A stretch of DNA of 54,145 bases, counting the filler, from Streblomastix strix (lineage: Eukaryota), in NCBI GenBank assembly GCA_008636045.1. It is 3 parts of 3 records of this genome, joined end to end, with 100 filler letters (N's around TTAATTAATTAA, not from the genome) between each part and the next. Parts side by side here need not be neighbours in the genome. Positions count along the whole stretch, not along the records: positions 1 to 17,995 come from SNRW01000652.1; 2 more parts are not named here. One strand, 5' to 3'. The stretch's first letter is position 1. Each line of letters opens with the position of its first letter. The translations under genes and the position numbers were made by a program. Of this stretch, positions 1 through 14,668 are shown piece by piece. The notes beneath the pieces were generated by a model. It searched no databases, was not told the DNA's origin, and was given only the letters and a program-made list of their open reading frames with translations.

Positions 1-299
1 ATTTTAAACATAATTTTATTGAATATTTATGGACTGGCCAACGGGTGGATTGAGTTGATTGGCCAATAATTGAGAAAAATAATAATTTCAAACGTTAGCA
101 TCTTCGTTGATGTCTTGGTCTTCTTCTCTTAATCTATCATATAATTTTATCAAATCTTCATTCAATTTATAAATCCATGTTCGTTTTTCATTAATTGTTT
201 TTCTAATTCTTTGACATTTATTTATTATTATTTATTATCATTATTTTATATTCATTATTTTATTTAACATTATTTATTTTATTTTTCTATGTGGGGCAC

Positions 300-1144
300 T
301 CTCCATATTCTCATAACTACTAACGATAAGGCTTTTGCGTTTTCACGATAGACGGCAGATGCTTCCAATGGGTGTTGTTACCCAGGTTCTGAAGTTGGCA
401 AATAATCTTCATGTTTCCATCGGTGGCGCTCGGCGTTTCGAATCCAGGATTCGTGCGTCTGTAATTTGTTTGAATTGAATTTGCTAGCAATTGAAACTCC
501 AACAATACCAGTTAAGTCTCTCTTGATAGTTTCTGATTTGAAAGATCGGCTATGCCTTCTGTGCACGCTTCGAGAACGACATCTGCAACTTTATGAAGAA
601 TTGGAACTTTCATCTGATGTAGTTGATCTACATCGATGTTTTCGAAGTTTCTTGTTCTTACATCGTTTAAGATGTTGCTATTCTCCTGATTCACTCTATG
701 AATCGCTGTCTGAACCTTCATGGCGTTTTCGCTTTTTCCTTCCAATCTTTTCAAGCAGCGTTTCCAATGTTTGTGTTGCAAGATTATTCTACAGTAATAT
801 TTTGATAAGATTTTGCCATTAAACGTGAGTGATGTTTAGTGGTATTAAGCACCAGGTAAGGTTTTCATAAAAACTTCATTCGGCTGAGGAAGTTGATCTC
901 GAAGGTCAATTGCTCGATTATGCTTGTTGATTACATATGCCCTGAGTAGAGCTAGGCTTTCTAGATATTCAGGGGTTCAAACCTAGAGGTTAATGTCTGA
1001 AAACTTCCAATCAGTTAAAATTCTTCTTCTTTCAGCATCAGGAAGTCGTCTAATGTCTTCTATTGTTTCGATCTTGAAGGAATGCGGTTACCGTTAGTTT
1101 CGATGCTCTATCCGAGGGTTGTCTTTTTCTTTTTCCTGAGACAT
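300..1144 (-). pseudogene. Degenerate gag-like ORF, probably from a DIRS-type retroelement truncated by the contig start
   Basis: In code 6, ATG at 1144 reads MSQEKEKDNPRIEHRN...DWKFSDINLQV*TPEYLES...KTQKPYR with one internal TGA. It is intronless and GC-richer than its flanks. Downstream minus-strand sequence near 30-60 reads NPPVG, resembling the P(V/L)GG start of DIRS RT ORFs. Confidence 0.4.
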
Positions 1145-1760
1145 TAAGGAAATGATCTTTTCTGGCTAGGCCAATACTGGCATCCCAGCAGTCCAATAAA
1201 CAAGCTAAGAGCTAATAAGCTCTGCAAGAGGATGTAGATAAACCGGAGTTTACGAAGGGTTATATTTCTTTCTTTTATTTTGTAAGCTGCACAATAAGAT
1301 GAAATTGAGTTAAATATTGATATATAGTATAAATAGGTATAAAGAACTAAATTTATGAGAATAATAATGCTGTTTGACAAGAAATTTGTTTAGTTACAGT
1401 TAGATTTCACAGATAAATTGAAAAAATTGTGTCCTGAGTCCAACCATTGAAATAAATATTAATATTTATATTAAAATATAATATTTCAGTAGTAGTAATA
1501 TTCATCTTAAAATAAATATAATAAAATTAAACTCTGAATATTTGAATATTTCACTTTTAATTAAAAAACGCATTTTTTTCTACATTTACTTCACATTTTT
1601 TTGTAATTTTATGATTAATTTGTTATATTTTGCTAATAAAAAATTAATAGCATATTATTATATTATAAATCTTTCAAATACAATTTATTTTATTATCCAA
1701 ATTTTCTCAATCAGCTCTACTTTATATTTGCTACAAAATATTATTATTTCCTTCAACAGT

Positions 1761-4700
1761 ATGCAACTTCTGGTTGATAAATTGTTTGCTTCCTCATTAG
1801 ACCTTACGAGTGGGAGAGAATCGCCTTTCAAAGTATATAAAAACTCTAAGTAGATTTCTGGAGGCCTTAAGTATATTTATTTTTAAATTTTATTTTATTG
1901 ATTGATATATTAATATTTTTAATACAATTATATAAATAATATAATAAATAGAATTGTGGGCGTGAATTAGTGTTCATTATCTGAAATCGAGGCGTCCAGC
2001 AACTTGGGGACAATATTAAGCTATAAAGTTTTAATTATCATTATATTTTATTAATTTATCATTATATTTAACAAAAAATATACTTTTATATATTAATTTA
2101 GAGGAAATAATTTGGTTCGATCATTTCCTACGAAAAAAGTATAGTCATTGATTTAAATGGAGACGAACAAGTGATAAACACGTTATTGAAAGATAAACTG
2201 CAATAACAAGTCACAACAACTATTAAAATCCATAATGTTATCTTTATGGGCTGAAAAGATGGAGTAGTAGAGATGTGGAATATAGAAGATATAAATAAAG
2301 AAGGAAACCAGAAAAAGCTTTAATATAAATTAGTACATGAGGTAAGTTTAACTTATTAATTTTATTATTTATTTATTAACTATGAATTAATAATATAATT
2401 TTCACCAGTTTAAAGATGTTAATGACAGAAGCTCAGTTTTATCTCTAGAATCTATTCTCCCATTTCCAAGTGTTATATCTGTATAAATTAGTGGATTATG
2501 CAGAATATGGTATTATATTACTATATTAATACTTCTATATATTTGAGTATATATTAATTATTATCACAATCATTATACAGGACTCCAAATATGAATGTTG
2601 TAAGTGGAATTGATAATAGAGAATTAGATAATACATTAATTGAAGGAGATTCATTTGGAGTTGTATGCATATAATATTGTAATACAATATGATTCATTTA
2701 ATAATTATTTAACATTGCAGGTTTTATCTTCTGCATTGATCTCACTTCTCCCTCAACCTTCATTGACTGAAAAATAACAATAGTAAAATTCAATTCATTC
2801 ATCTTCATCATCTTCATCATCTATTACATATATGTTTGCTGTTGCATCATTTCATAGAATAAGAACTGTTCGTATGATTGGAGTGTAGAATATATTGAAG
2901 TTGGCTGAATCTGAGATTGAAGGAAATGAATGTGAAGATATTGGGTTATAATAATCTGGTAATGAAAATTCATAAAGTAAATCAAATTAAATATCAATTT
3001 ATAAATACATTCCATGTGTTCAATGGAAACCACGACACAATTCAGATTTTGAATGTATGTGATGTTTTTAGTTACTGATAAGTATTAATATTTATTATTG
3101 GATGGATATTTTATTATTGTTTTATTTTGTTATGTAGATATTCTTTCTGTCAGTGTTGGGAAGCGAGTGACATTTGTTGATGAAATGTTGAAACAACTTC
3201 CTCCAACAATTTGTAAGGTTTACAATTTAACAAATTATTCTATTTTTAAATAATTTTTTAATTTCTTTCTTTTTTGCTTTGATACATTTAAGAGTGGATT
3301 TAATCTGGAAAATGTTGCTTTTACTCACAAATGGATTGATTATTCAACTCTTGCAATTATCGACTTGAAAAATTTTCTAACGTTTGACTTTATTTAATTA
3401 TTTCTAACATTTTTATATTACATTTATTTAATTATTTCTAACATTTTTATATTACATTTATTTAATTATTTCTAACATTTTTATATTACATTTATTTAAT
3501 CAGTTTATATCAATTTCCTTCGTGTACATCAATAAATTAGATTGAACTTCCTCAAATAAGATAATTAACACATTCTCCATTTGATTCTTTAATTTGGAAA
3601 GATAGAAATGAAATTGAATAGAATAAAGAATAGGATTAAATAAATATAAAGAAAGAATATTTATCTGAACAAGCTCTAAATTATATTAAATAAATTGAAT
3701 TCATTTAATGGTAACCTTACGTTTCAGTTTCACCAATTGAGAAAGAAGATTCATAATTATATTCTTATTTGGATAAATAGAATTCTTCTTCAATTGTTTC
3801 AAATTCTGATTCTTCTGAATTGATTCATCTTCCTTTTCTGTCATTTATATCATAAGAAGGATTATTATAAAGTATTTATATCATATAACTTATTTAATTT
3901 GAATATAAATACTTAATTTATTATTGTATATTTTATTTATTACAGAAGTTGGTATATAAAATTGGAAAGAGAGATTGAATGAAATTGCAGAAAAGAATAA
4001 TTTGATTGAATTTATGAATTTATCTCAGGATTATTATGATGGAAGGGGAATGTATGAAATAATGATGAATTATTATATAATTAAATAAATAAACTTATTT
4101 TGATTTGATTTATTTAAATTTAATTAATTTTATTATGAAATGTTTATTCAATATATATTTCAGTCTTCCTCCAACACTTTCACTTATTTTGAGAGATGAA
4201 AGAGAAAAGAAGATTAAATAATTTGTTTTTGAATCAGACAAAGGATTATTAATTAAATTAGTTGAAAATTAAATATAAATCACATCTCAATTATTGCCTT
4301 CATCTGAATCAAATATCACTTCAAACGATCTTAATATGAAGTAAAGTGAAGAAATAGTAAATTAAAAAGATTCAAGAAATGATATTGATATTTATTCATT
4401 TATTGATCTTACTCATTCTCTAATTAATTTTGCATTGAATATTGGATCTATTGATGAATATCTGAATTTTATACATTCAATTCTTTTAGATAGGATAAAT
4501 CAAGATAAGAAAATTAGAAAAGATATTTAAATGGAACTTGGAATGGAAATTGTTCATGGGAGAGTGAAGATTATTCCCATAAAAGTTTGATTATTATCCA
4601 TTTAATTTATCATTAATTATTTATATACATTATTTATTTTCAGGTACTAAATGAACTTGTAAATGTACTCATTAGTGAGAATGAATTTGTATTGGTAGAG

Positions 4701-7700
4701 ACTGTATTATTAATGCTGATCAAGAATGTCTCAAAAAGATATAGCGATCTTCGTGAATATAATAGTAAAGAAAATAATTCTGAAAATGAAAACAAGAATA
4801 AGAAATAAGATTCCGAAGAATTTAAGTTATAAATGGAAGATATATTTCAATTTTCTTTAGATTGCGCATTGGAGAATGGATTTGTTAGAACTATTCTTGC
4901 TTTACCTTCAATTGAATGGGGAGGATTTTGCTTCTAATAAATAATGAAAAATTAAAGCAAATAAAATCAAGATCAAAAAGAAAGCAAAATTGAAATTTAA
5001 TAAATGTGTGATAAGATAAAAGGAGGATTGATTACTATTCCAATATAAGGATTTAGATTTGAGAGGATTAAAGATCTGGAATTTGATAAGAATGAATTTG
5101 GATTTATTGAACATGAAGATGAAGTTGATGATATTTTATTAGAAAAAGAAAGAGTCAGAAACATTGAATCTGAGAATATTGTTATTTCAAGAGAGATTCC
5201 AATGAGTAATATTATTAGAGAGAGAAACATTGAATATGTTTTATTCTCTCCAGATCATCTGGTGAATGGATTAAAATTGATTTGGTTGAAATAAGATAGA
5301 AGAAAAAGAAAAGAAGAAGATGAATAAAAATAAGAAGACAATGAATTAAATAATAAATTTAATAAGCCTAGTTCTGAAGAAATCATTTTAAGTGTTCTTT
5401 ATATAACACTTGGATTAAATTTTCCATATCCACATACAAACACACAACTTTTTAATTTAAAAGATAAAAGATAAGCATTTAAACCCTTAATTGATTGGAT
5501 ATTTGAATAATCTAATTCTCTTTTATAATCTTTATTAAACTGGGATTATTAAATGACTCTGGAATCTGTTATTAAACCATCTTTGTTGATTGCTGCTGAA
5601 TTTGAGAGAGAAAATGACAATCCATCATCAGATCGAATATCTGAATATAATAAATCTGATTAAACCGAATAAAATTATAATAATAGTTCAGATGAGATGG
5701 AAAGATCAAGATTACTATAGACAACACCATTATCAACTTATTCATCATAAATATTCCATTCTCCTTAGTCAATATAAATTACACCCCATTCACAAACATA
5801 ATCACTTCATTCTATTGACTCAAATTCAACTCCATTTAAAATATCATTATAAAATCAACTCAGTAATTCTCCAAATTAATCTCCTATTATATTATCTTAA
5901 TAATTGAATTAATAATAGTAATAATAAGTCCCATTACCTCCTCAACCAATTTATCAAGTAATCCCATAAACAAATATGAATAAATAGAACTTAAAATAAA
6001 GACCTGTAATTTTAGCTCCTCCACAAATGAGCAAAATCGTTGGAAATAAAAACACACTCACTTAAACATCATCATTATCTACTTCTTCATCTTAACCACC
6101 AACTACACTTCAATAGCCAATGAATAATACAACTGCAGAATAATAAGTTAAAGAAAAGGATGAATTAAATCGAAAATCATTATTAATATAGAAGTTCCAA
6201 GATACAAATGTTATACTGATTAAATAGATTCATGATTTAGTTGAATTCTAATCATAAACACTTCCTTCAACATCACTTTTCTTTATCAAATAACTTTAAT
6301 CATCTAATAATATGCCACAATATCAATATCAACCATAATCATTACAATTCACATTCAATTCACTTTAATAAGGAAATTAATAAAATAAATAAGGTCAATT
6401 CCGTATTATGATTGAATCTGTACAATAATCAGCATTTGAAGATTATTTAGAAATTGATATTCCTCTTCCAAATTTAGATCTTAATGAAGATAATTAAAAG
6501 TAATCAAATAATTAAGGATCAAAAAACACTGTATAATAAATAAACAGTATTATTTCAGAAATACTTATCAAGAAATAATATTAAAGAGATTAAAAAAAGA
6601 AAAGGGAATTAAAGAAGAAAGAAATAGAAGAATAAGAGAAGAAGATTTTATAGAGACATTATTATGATGTTGATCTTCCTCGTGAATGGTTTGTCAAATA
6701 AATCAAAGACCAAACAAAGACGTAACAATTAACAACAGACATGAAACTAACATAATAATAAGATACTTAATAGTAATAATTTCAAGAACCATCTCCACAT
6801 TCTCATATATCAACTACTCCTCATTATCATCAGACTCAAATATCTCCTAATTCTCCATCTGTTTAATCGCCAATGAAGATTCAATAAGGAAAAGATAATA
6901 AAATAGGAAATGGAAATAATGAGAAATAATAAGATGGGGAAGATGATGATGATGAATTAAATGAAAAGGAAGAGAAAGATGATAATTTGGGGTTTGTTTC
7001 AGTTAAATAAATTATTCTGAAGATTTTGAATGAAGCTTAAATGATAAAAGGATTGTGGAATGTTCTATTTGATATACTAATGAAGGAGGACAAAGATAAA
7101 TATAAAGATATGAGATAAAATATAAATATAATTAGTTAATAGCAATAAGTACATCTAATTCACTACATAATTCCTTTTATTATATCATTTAATATTCATC
7201 TTCCTCCAAAAGCATTTATTCAATTCATTCTTTACTTCATTGAATATACCTCATAATAATCAATTGTTCCATTATTGAAGAAATAATAATGTAAACAAAT
7301 AATCATGTAATTATTATCATCATCCATACCAAAACTTATTTCTCTCATTGATGAATAAAAATAAAGAAAATAAAACGATGAAAATTCTTTCAGCTAGTTC
7401 TTCATATAATCTTCATCTTATGAAGGATCATTTTAATATCTTATTGATTATATAATAAAGAATGATAAAGATAAATAAAAAGAATCAAAAGATTAGAATT
7501 TAATAAAAGATATAAAACATAACAATAATCGATTATTCATTTCTCGATCTATTTTATCAGCATTGGGAATTGTTTGTCTGAAATCTTCTGGAACATTTCA
7601 GGAAATAGGAATCAAAATAGGAGAAATAATTAGTGACTTTGAACTGGTAATTAATGGTGCATTATTTTATTATTACATATATTCACATTAGTATTTATTA

Positions 7701-10700
7701 TCATTATAACTAATTCTAATAAATTTATATTCTTTTATTTATTTACTATTCAGGATTTCTTGAATATGGAGGAATAAGAGGATCTTTAGAATAGGGAAGA
7801 AAAAGAATGATGAAACATTTGAGTGAAAGAAACAGAAATGAAAAATAAGAAATTGGATAAGAAAGAATAAGAGAAAGAAGAAATAATAAATCAGAATTCA
7901 GAGGAGATGTTGATACTAATTTGAGTCTGTGTTTATTTGGATGCAACAATTGTTATAAAGAAGAAGATATAGGAAAAAATAATGAGAAAGAAATTTTAAA
8001 AGAAAATAAAATAAGCAGAGTTTTATAAGATGATTTTGAATACTATTTAATGATTGATTCTGATGATGATGAACATTTGTAGGAATTTTAAACAATATTT
8101 GATTTCCTTTTTAGATACATATCATCTTTTGGGGAAGGAATTGAACAAATTGTAGAAATGAAAGGAAATGAAGAAAGAATTATAATTGAAATGGAATAAT
8201 AAATTAATTTGTTGGAAGATGCCATTAAAAAGAAGCTAAAATAATTATCATAACTTAGTGTAAGTAAAACAGCTCTTCTTATTCTGAGTATAATAGATTA
8301 GAGTGGAATGATAATAGTAGATAGTGAAAGAAGGATAAAAAGAAGAAAGAGGATTATTATAAGAAGAGAAAAGAAACCAAATGTTGATAAGAATGAATAA
8401 TAGGATATTCCATCTCCACTGTTCACAAATACAAATGAAAGTGAATTTGAAATATTTTCATAATCTGAAGAAGAATCGTCAATATTGAACATAAATAGAT
8501 GTAAATAGATGTAACAATAATTATTTTAATTGCTTTATTAATCAGATGTAAAATAGAAAGAGAAATGGAAGGAGAGAATTCTTGCTCATTGTCTTGTATT
8601 ATTGATTACTGATGTTTCATGGAAAGTTAAGATATTGTTGGAAACCAAGAAATATGAAGATTCTAATGATGAAGGAGAAGAATATAAAGATTAGGATGAA
8701 GATAAATAAGAAAGAATCATTATTCTATGGGATAATGGAAGACATCATTCTCTATTTGAGAATCTCACATAATCTCCTTCTTAAATATTTTCTCAATCTT
8801 TGATATAAACAAACAAAAACATTGGAGACTATTTTGAACTGAGTGAAAAATCACTTGAAATTGTATTTGAATATTTGATTAAAGTTGGAGAAAGAGGAAT
8901 ATCAAATAAAACAGTGAATGAGAAAGAGTAGAATAAACTCATCAATGATGATGCATTCTTATTCTCACTTCTATAACAGCATTAAATACACACACAACTA
9001 AATTCACCTTTGAGATACTTAGGGATTGGATAGAAGCATTTTGGTGATCTGACTTCATTTCTATTTTGTGATGTTGTTGGAGATATTGATGGTGCAAAGA
9101 AATCTCTTATTTCTGCATTAGAGGTTAGTAAAATTATTAATTTTATTTATTTATCAAAAGAATAATAATTTTAATATTCTATTCAATATATATTTATATT
9201 TATATTTATATTTATATTCATATTCAGAGATGGATGAAAGAAACATCAGATCTAATATTGGATCTATCTAAATATATAGAAATGAATTCTTAGACTCATT
9301 TAATTCCATTTGATTCACTTCCATAATCAGTAAAAGATTAAATTAATTAATAATAGAATAATAATTAGAGTAAATTAAATGAAGAAGAAGAAGATTGGTT
9401 TGGAATTAGAAACAGAGCAGAAGTAATGTGGAAGTATCTTATAAATATATCACCAGGAATTAGGTATGAAGAGATTGGAAATAAAGAAGAAGAAATATAA
9501 GATTTGTTTAGTTTATTATCAGAATGGATGATTGATAATAATTACAAAGTTAAGAAATAAGATAATAATAATTATAAATAATAATAAATAAATAAATTCT
9601 TGAGTGAAGTCAGTATTACACGAAGAGTATATTATGCAGCATTGAGAATTCTTGAAGGAATTAAATTATGGGATCAAAGCAGTGGATAAATAATTTCTGA
9701 ATCTGGACAATCAATTGTTTCAGGATTTCCATTCAATCAATCTCTATAAATTGGATCTAGAGGTTACTAATTGTAAAAAAGATTTGAGTTAAGTTTGATA
9801 CCAACATGTTTGATTAGAGAATTTGATGTGCTTTATTTGCTTGAGGAATATTTAATTGTTATTGGAGAGTAATTTTCTTCATTGTAAAGTTTCCGATCAG
9901 GATCGCTTTTCAATTTGAGATCATAAACACAGTTGGAAAAATTAGGAGGATTTCAATATGGATAAATATAAAATAGAGATTAAATAATTTAGATTAAATT
10001 CAATTAATTAAATTCTGGTCTGACAGAAAAAGGAAATGAAATTGGGAAGAATTAGTCAATTGAAATTGGATCACCATACAAATCTGATACAAAGGGATCT
10101 AATATAGAAATTGAATGGGCAAAACTTATTGTATAAATAGCATCATCACATAATATCAGTAATACTGAAAGTGAATTAGGTTAAGAGATTATGAAAGAAC
10201 TTGAGAAGAAGATTATAGTGAATATCTTTGAGCGAATTGTTATGCTTAAAGTATCAGGATCTGAAGATAAAGAAAAGAATATTGAAATTTCTAATGGTAA
10301 AACAGGAGTATCACTTTCATAGCTGTTTATTCGTGTAGTTGAAGAAGGTAAAGGTAAATAAGGAGACATAAATTTAGTATTGACTACAATGCTAGATCTA
10401 TTATAAGAAGATGGGGAATTCCTTAAGTCAGCTCATGGTGTTGGAGAGAATGCAAATGCAGAGTTTGTGGATAGACTTCTCTGGGAAGGAAGAAGAGGAA
10501 GATTATTTGAGTTTGGAAACAGAAGAATGAAGATGAATGGGAATTAAAATTAGAGATGTTGTGTTTGTGGGATAAAAATAGAAAGAATTCAGAATAAAGT
10601 GAATATAAATGATCTGGATGTGAATAATGAATCTGGGCGTATCATTTTATATGGATGTGGTCACATTGCTCATGAATAATGTGTATGTAATAACAAAGGG

Positions 10701-10925
10701 CAGAAGAAAATGTGGCGCGAGTAAGAGTGCAAATTGTGTAATGAGATAAACAGATCGAGAGATATTGGAATTGCCCAAAAGTTTGAAAATAATGATGATG
10801 ATGAATTACCTATTATAGAGCCATGGGAAGCTCCACAAGCTGGAATATAGTAAGAAGGAAGATCTGGTCGATTGGTGGTAGAGGATGCTAAAACCGTACA
10901 ACTTCGCATATCCATCTTTCGTTGA
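1761..10925 (+). CDS. VPS8: Vps8-like CORVET tethering subunit (N-terminal WD40-like region, helical solenoid, C-terminal RING-H2), multi-exon
   Basis: Code-6 reading with several GT-AG introns from MQLLVDKLFASS to ...VQLRISIFR-TGA. WD-like LWAEKDGVVEMWNI. Vps8-like segments LGMEIVHGRVKIIPIKVLNELV...VETVLLML and VLYITLGLNFPYP. C-terminal CCVC...CGHIAHEQC...CKLC at about 10557-10741. Long Q/N/E-rich insertions. Exon boundaries approximate. Confidence 0.65.
3389..3500 (+). repeat. 34-bp tandem repeat, about 3.3 copies, forming most of an intron
   Basis: TTTATTTAATTATTTCTAACATTTTTATATTACA at 3389, 3423 and 3457 plus a partial copy, within a GT(3382)...AG(3503) intron. Confidence 0.9.
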
Positions 10926-11466
10926 GTAAAATGATGTAAATAATAAACCTAAAATAATATTATTAATTTAATTTAATTTTTTTGCACATTTATCATACTT
11001 TCATAATTATTATTGAATCCTCAAAAAAAATGAATGGATTTAAAATCCGCAATTGCTTGAACAGTCTGATGCTCATATTTAAAAAATCCTGCAAATTGAA
11101 TCATTGCAACAAACATTCGTTTATATTCAATTCAATTAATAACAAATTATCACAAATTAAAGCCAATGTTTAAAATTTTTTAGAAATTTGAACATATTGC
11201 ACACCCTACAATATATAACTCTAAGTAACCAATAAAATTTATTATTAAAAAATTGTAAAAGCAACATAATATATTTCATAAAACAAATTATTTAACCTTT
11301 GCTAATTTCAAAATTAATTTACAAAATTTTTTTAAAAAAATTTACTTTTTTATGTTATAAATCAATTTAAAATAATTCATTTTTTTATATTTATCCATTT
11401 TATTTTATATTAGATATTTTAAAACTCAGATATAGGAATTCATACAACAAATAGAATACATTAAAT

Positions 11467-12235
11467 ATGACATCCAAAAAAGAGCTTGAGAAATTAGAAT
11501 AAGAAGAATTTGCAAAATAAGAAAGATTGAAGGAGTACTTCGATTCATTTACGGATTATGTATGCTACAGTTATGCATTTATTCTACTTATATGTGATTT
11601 TTCATAAGTACCCAAAAGTTCCTGAAAGTGCAAATGTGAAGAAAACAGGTAATTTATATGTTCATATTTTAATAATTATTTTTTTGTTATATTTTAATTC
11701 ATATTGGAACTTTTATTCTTTAATTCATTCAGGAATTGAAGCCCAAAGACGAGCTGTAATATATGAAGTATTTGAGTACTTTGATACAGATCATTCAGGA
11801 TCTATGGAATTGGGTGAGATTAAATATGCAATGAGTACCCTGGGATACCCAACAAAGAGTGAAGAGATACAAGCAGTACTTGATGATAAAGGTATGCTTA
11901 TATATAATAATTATATGTTAATATATTATATTTGATGTGCAGGTGAGGATGGAAGTTTAGATTTTGACTAATTTACTGATTTCGTCCTGAGTAAAATGGC
12001 GCAAGTTTCATAAGAGGAGGATATTCTTAGATCATTTCGTCTGCTTGATTAAGACCGCAAGAATTTCATTGATGTTTAGGATCTAAAGAGAGCAGCTTCA
12101 CAGATTGAATATGATATGGGGTTTGATTAAGGAAATCTGAAGAAGATCATTGAAGCTGCTGATAAGGACAAAGATGGGCGTGTCTCCTTCGAGGAATTCA
12201 AACAGGCTTACCGAAAGACTCTTGCTTAAGGCTGA
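11467..12235 (+). CDS. Centrin/calmodulin-family EF-hand protein
   Basis: Four exons (introns 11560-11608, 11649-11732, 11892-11942). EF-hand loops FDTDHSGSMELGE, GEDGSLDFDQF, LDQDRKNFIDVQD and ADKDKDGRVSFEEF. The IKYAMSTLG segment is centrin-like. TGA stop. Confidence 0.85.
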
Positions 12236-12826
12236 TACAATATTAACTTAAAGTAAAATATATACATTGAGTATCAATAAAATAAAACTAAAAACATACA
12301 TTTGTACTTAAATGATGTAATTTAAATGAGATGCAATTAAATAAATTAACGAAAAATACAATGAATTAAAAACATAGATGAAATAATAACAAACAGTTGG
12401 TTTCAAAATCTGTTGCTAATTTTCACAGGTTTCAGTTATAATATTGGTTGGTTATAATATAATTTATTACAAGTTATTCCATTACTTATATTTCTTCATT
12501 GAAAACGCAATAAAAGCTAATTTTGAGCCTAGAAATAAAATTTTTTCTTTTAATATATTTTACGTAAACACGCACAGTTTAATCTTAGCATAAATATTGC
12601 ATATATACATACAATAATGTTTATATCACATTATTTCATCTAAATAATAGCTTTATTTATCTGATTCACTATATTTGTGCTTTATTATTTTTTTATTTAA
12701 AATACATATAATATCAGGACAAAGAAGATTTATTTTATTTTAAAATAAATATTAGTTTACTACAATTATTCTAATTCATTCTATTCTATCATTAATCTAT
12801 TATATCAATATTTAGAAGATTATAAG

Positions 12827-14460
12827 ATGGATCAAGTCAGAGATTTTTTCTTTCCACTTCTTTCAGGGATGGCAGCTGGTGTTTCTCCATGTGTTATTGC
12901 ACTATTCCCAATGTTAATATCAAAAGTTGAATAACTACGTGGAAAAGGCGGTAGTGCATTGATTTTACTAGTAGGTTTCCTGTTTTTTTTCGTGATTCTA
13001 TCGCTATTTGTATAAGAACTGCTTTAAAGTCAGTTTCAAACTGGGATTAGAATTTTGCTTGGATTAATTTTCTGCACCTTGGGTTTGCAGAGCTTATTAG
13101 GGAAGGTCAGTGCAAAAGAACTCCCACTTATTTCAAACCAATTTCTAATGGGAGGAGTATATGCTATACTTGTGAGCTACAATCCATGCACTCTTCCTTA
13201 TTTAACTGTAATTGTATCAAGTTATGCTGGAGCAACACTTGCATTAAAAATGACAATCTTTGGAATTGGTCTTTCAATACCAGCTATTGTCATTGCTATA
13301 TTTGGAAATGCATTACTATAATATATACAACAAAAAATATCAAATGTATTTCATTGGATAAACAAAGCAATGGCTGTTGTGAATATTGGAGCAGGTGCAT
13401 ATTTAGTTGTTAAAATCCATAAACTGTCTATTTATGATGTAGTTATTGGAGATTGTGGATTATTTATATCATTTTAGATGATATTTAGAGTTTGAAATTT
13501 ATTTTGATACAACTTTATTTATTGTATTCAAATTATTATTTTTCTAATTTTATAGATTTATTTTGATATTAAAAAAGCTTAAGTTTTATTCACAAAGAAG
13601 AAAAAAGATGAAAATAAAGAGAAAAAAGAAAAGGACAAAGAAGATAAAAAAGAAAAAGAAAAAGAAGAGAAAAAAGAAAAAGAATTAGAACTAGAAATAT
13701 ATAAGAAAAATCAAAGAACGGCAAAGATTATAATATCATTAGTAATATTATATATAATATTATATGCAGCTGGATTTGCCATTGGATATTTTTCTATTCA
13801 GAAGAAATTTGATTTGTTTTTAAGTAATGATGAGAAAGAAATTTTGGTATTATTTTCTTTATTTAATATTTATACATGTATTATTTATTATTTATTTATA
13901 CAATCAATTATATTTCATTATCTTCTATTATTCAGGCAATTTCATAGAAGAGGATTGAAGATAATAAAGAAGATTAGATTGAAGAATCAGATGAAGATGT
14001 TAATATAAAAGATATAAAAGATATAAAACCATAAAGAATAGAAAAATAAGAATAAAAATAATAATAAGAATAAAAAGAATATAAAGAAGAAGAGGAAGAA
14101 GAAGAAATTCCATTAGAAAGAGGAGAAGATGAAAGTAGTGAAAAAGAATTGGATGAAGAAATCAAAGTTAATAAAAACAAACAAATCAAATCAAATGAAA
14201 CTGATAATAAAGATAAGGATAATAATATTACTGATAAAAAGCCAACTTAATAACCTATTAAGATTGACTGTCAAGTAACTGGAGTGTGTTATGAGTGTAT
14301 ATTAACTAGTTGGGGATTACTCATTCTTCTATTCATTGGATCTGCAGCAACTCTGGCTGCTGCTTGGTGGGAAGAGAAGGAAGATTTTCGCGGTATAGTT
14401 GAAGAGGTATGTGCTGTTCCTAAGTTTAGAAAAGGCAAGAAGAAGAACAAGGCAAAATGA
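12827..14460 (+). CDS. CcdA/DsbD-beta family transmembrane thiol-disulfide electron transporter with a C-terminal extension
   Basis: GMAAGVSPCVIALFP (Cys at 12890) and LVSYNPCTLPYL (Cys at 13187), followed by FGIGLSIP, in a roughly 6-TM core. Introns 13490-13555 and 13848-13935. Extra TM helices, charged loops, DCQVTGVCYEC motif, ends KKKNKAK-TGA. An upstream exon is possible. Confidence 0.8.
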
Positions 14461-14668
14461 AAAAAGTATTTCACTTCATACCGAGTTCCAACACAACACT
14501 ACAAACAAGAGTTTTATAAGTTGAAAATCTTATAATAAAAAATATAATTAAGGACAATATTAATCAAGCATATTTAAACTGTGTGTCACATTAAAGTTGA
14601 AAAATCTTAGCTCGGGCGCTTGGTCACAATTTGGATACATTTTTATTAATTCAGTTGTATTATTAGTA

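Noticed and set aside
12827..14460. Bacterial contamination as the source of the CcdA-like gene
   Set aside because: It has GT-AG introns, uses TAA/TAG as Gln, and lies between eukaryotic genes.
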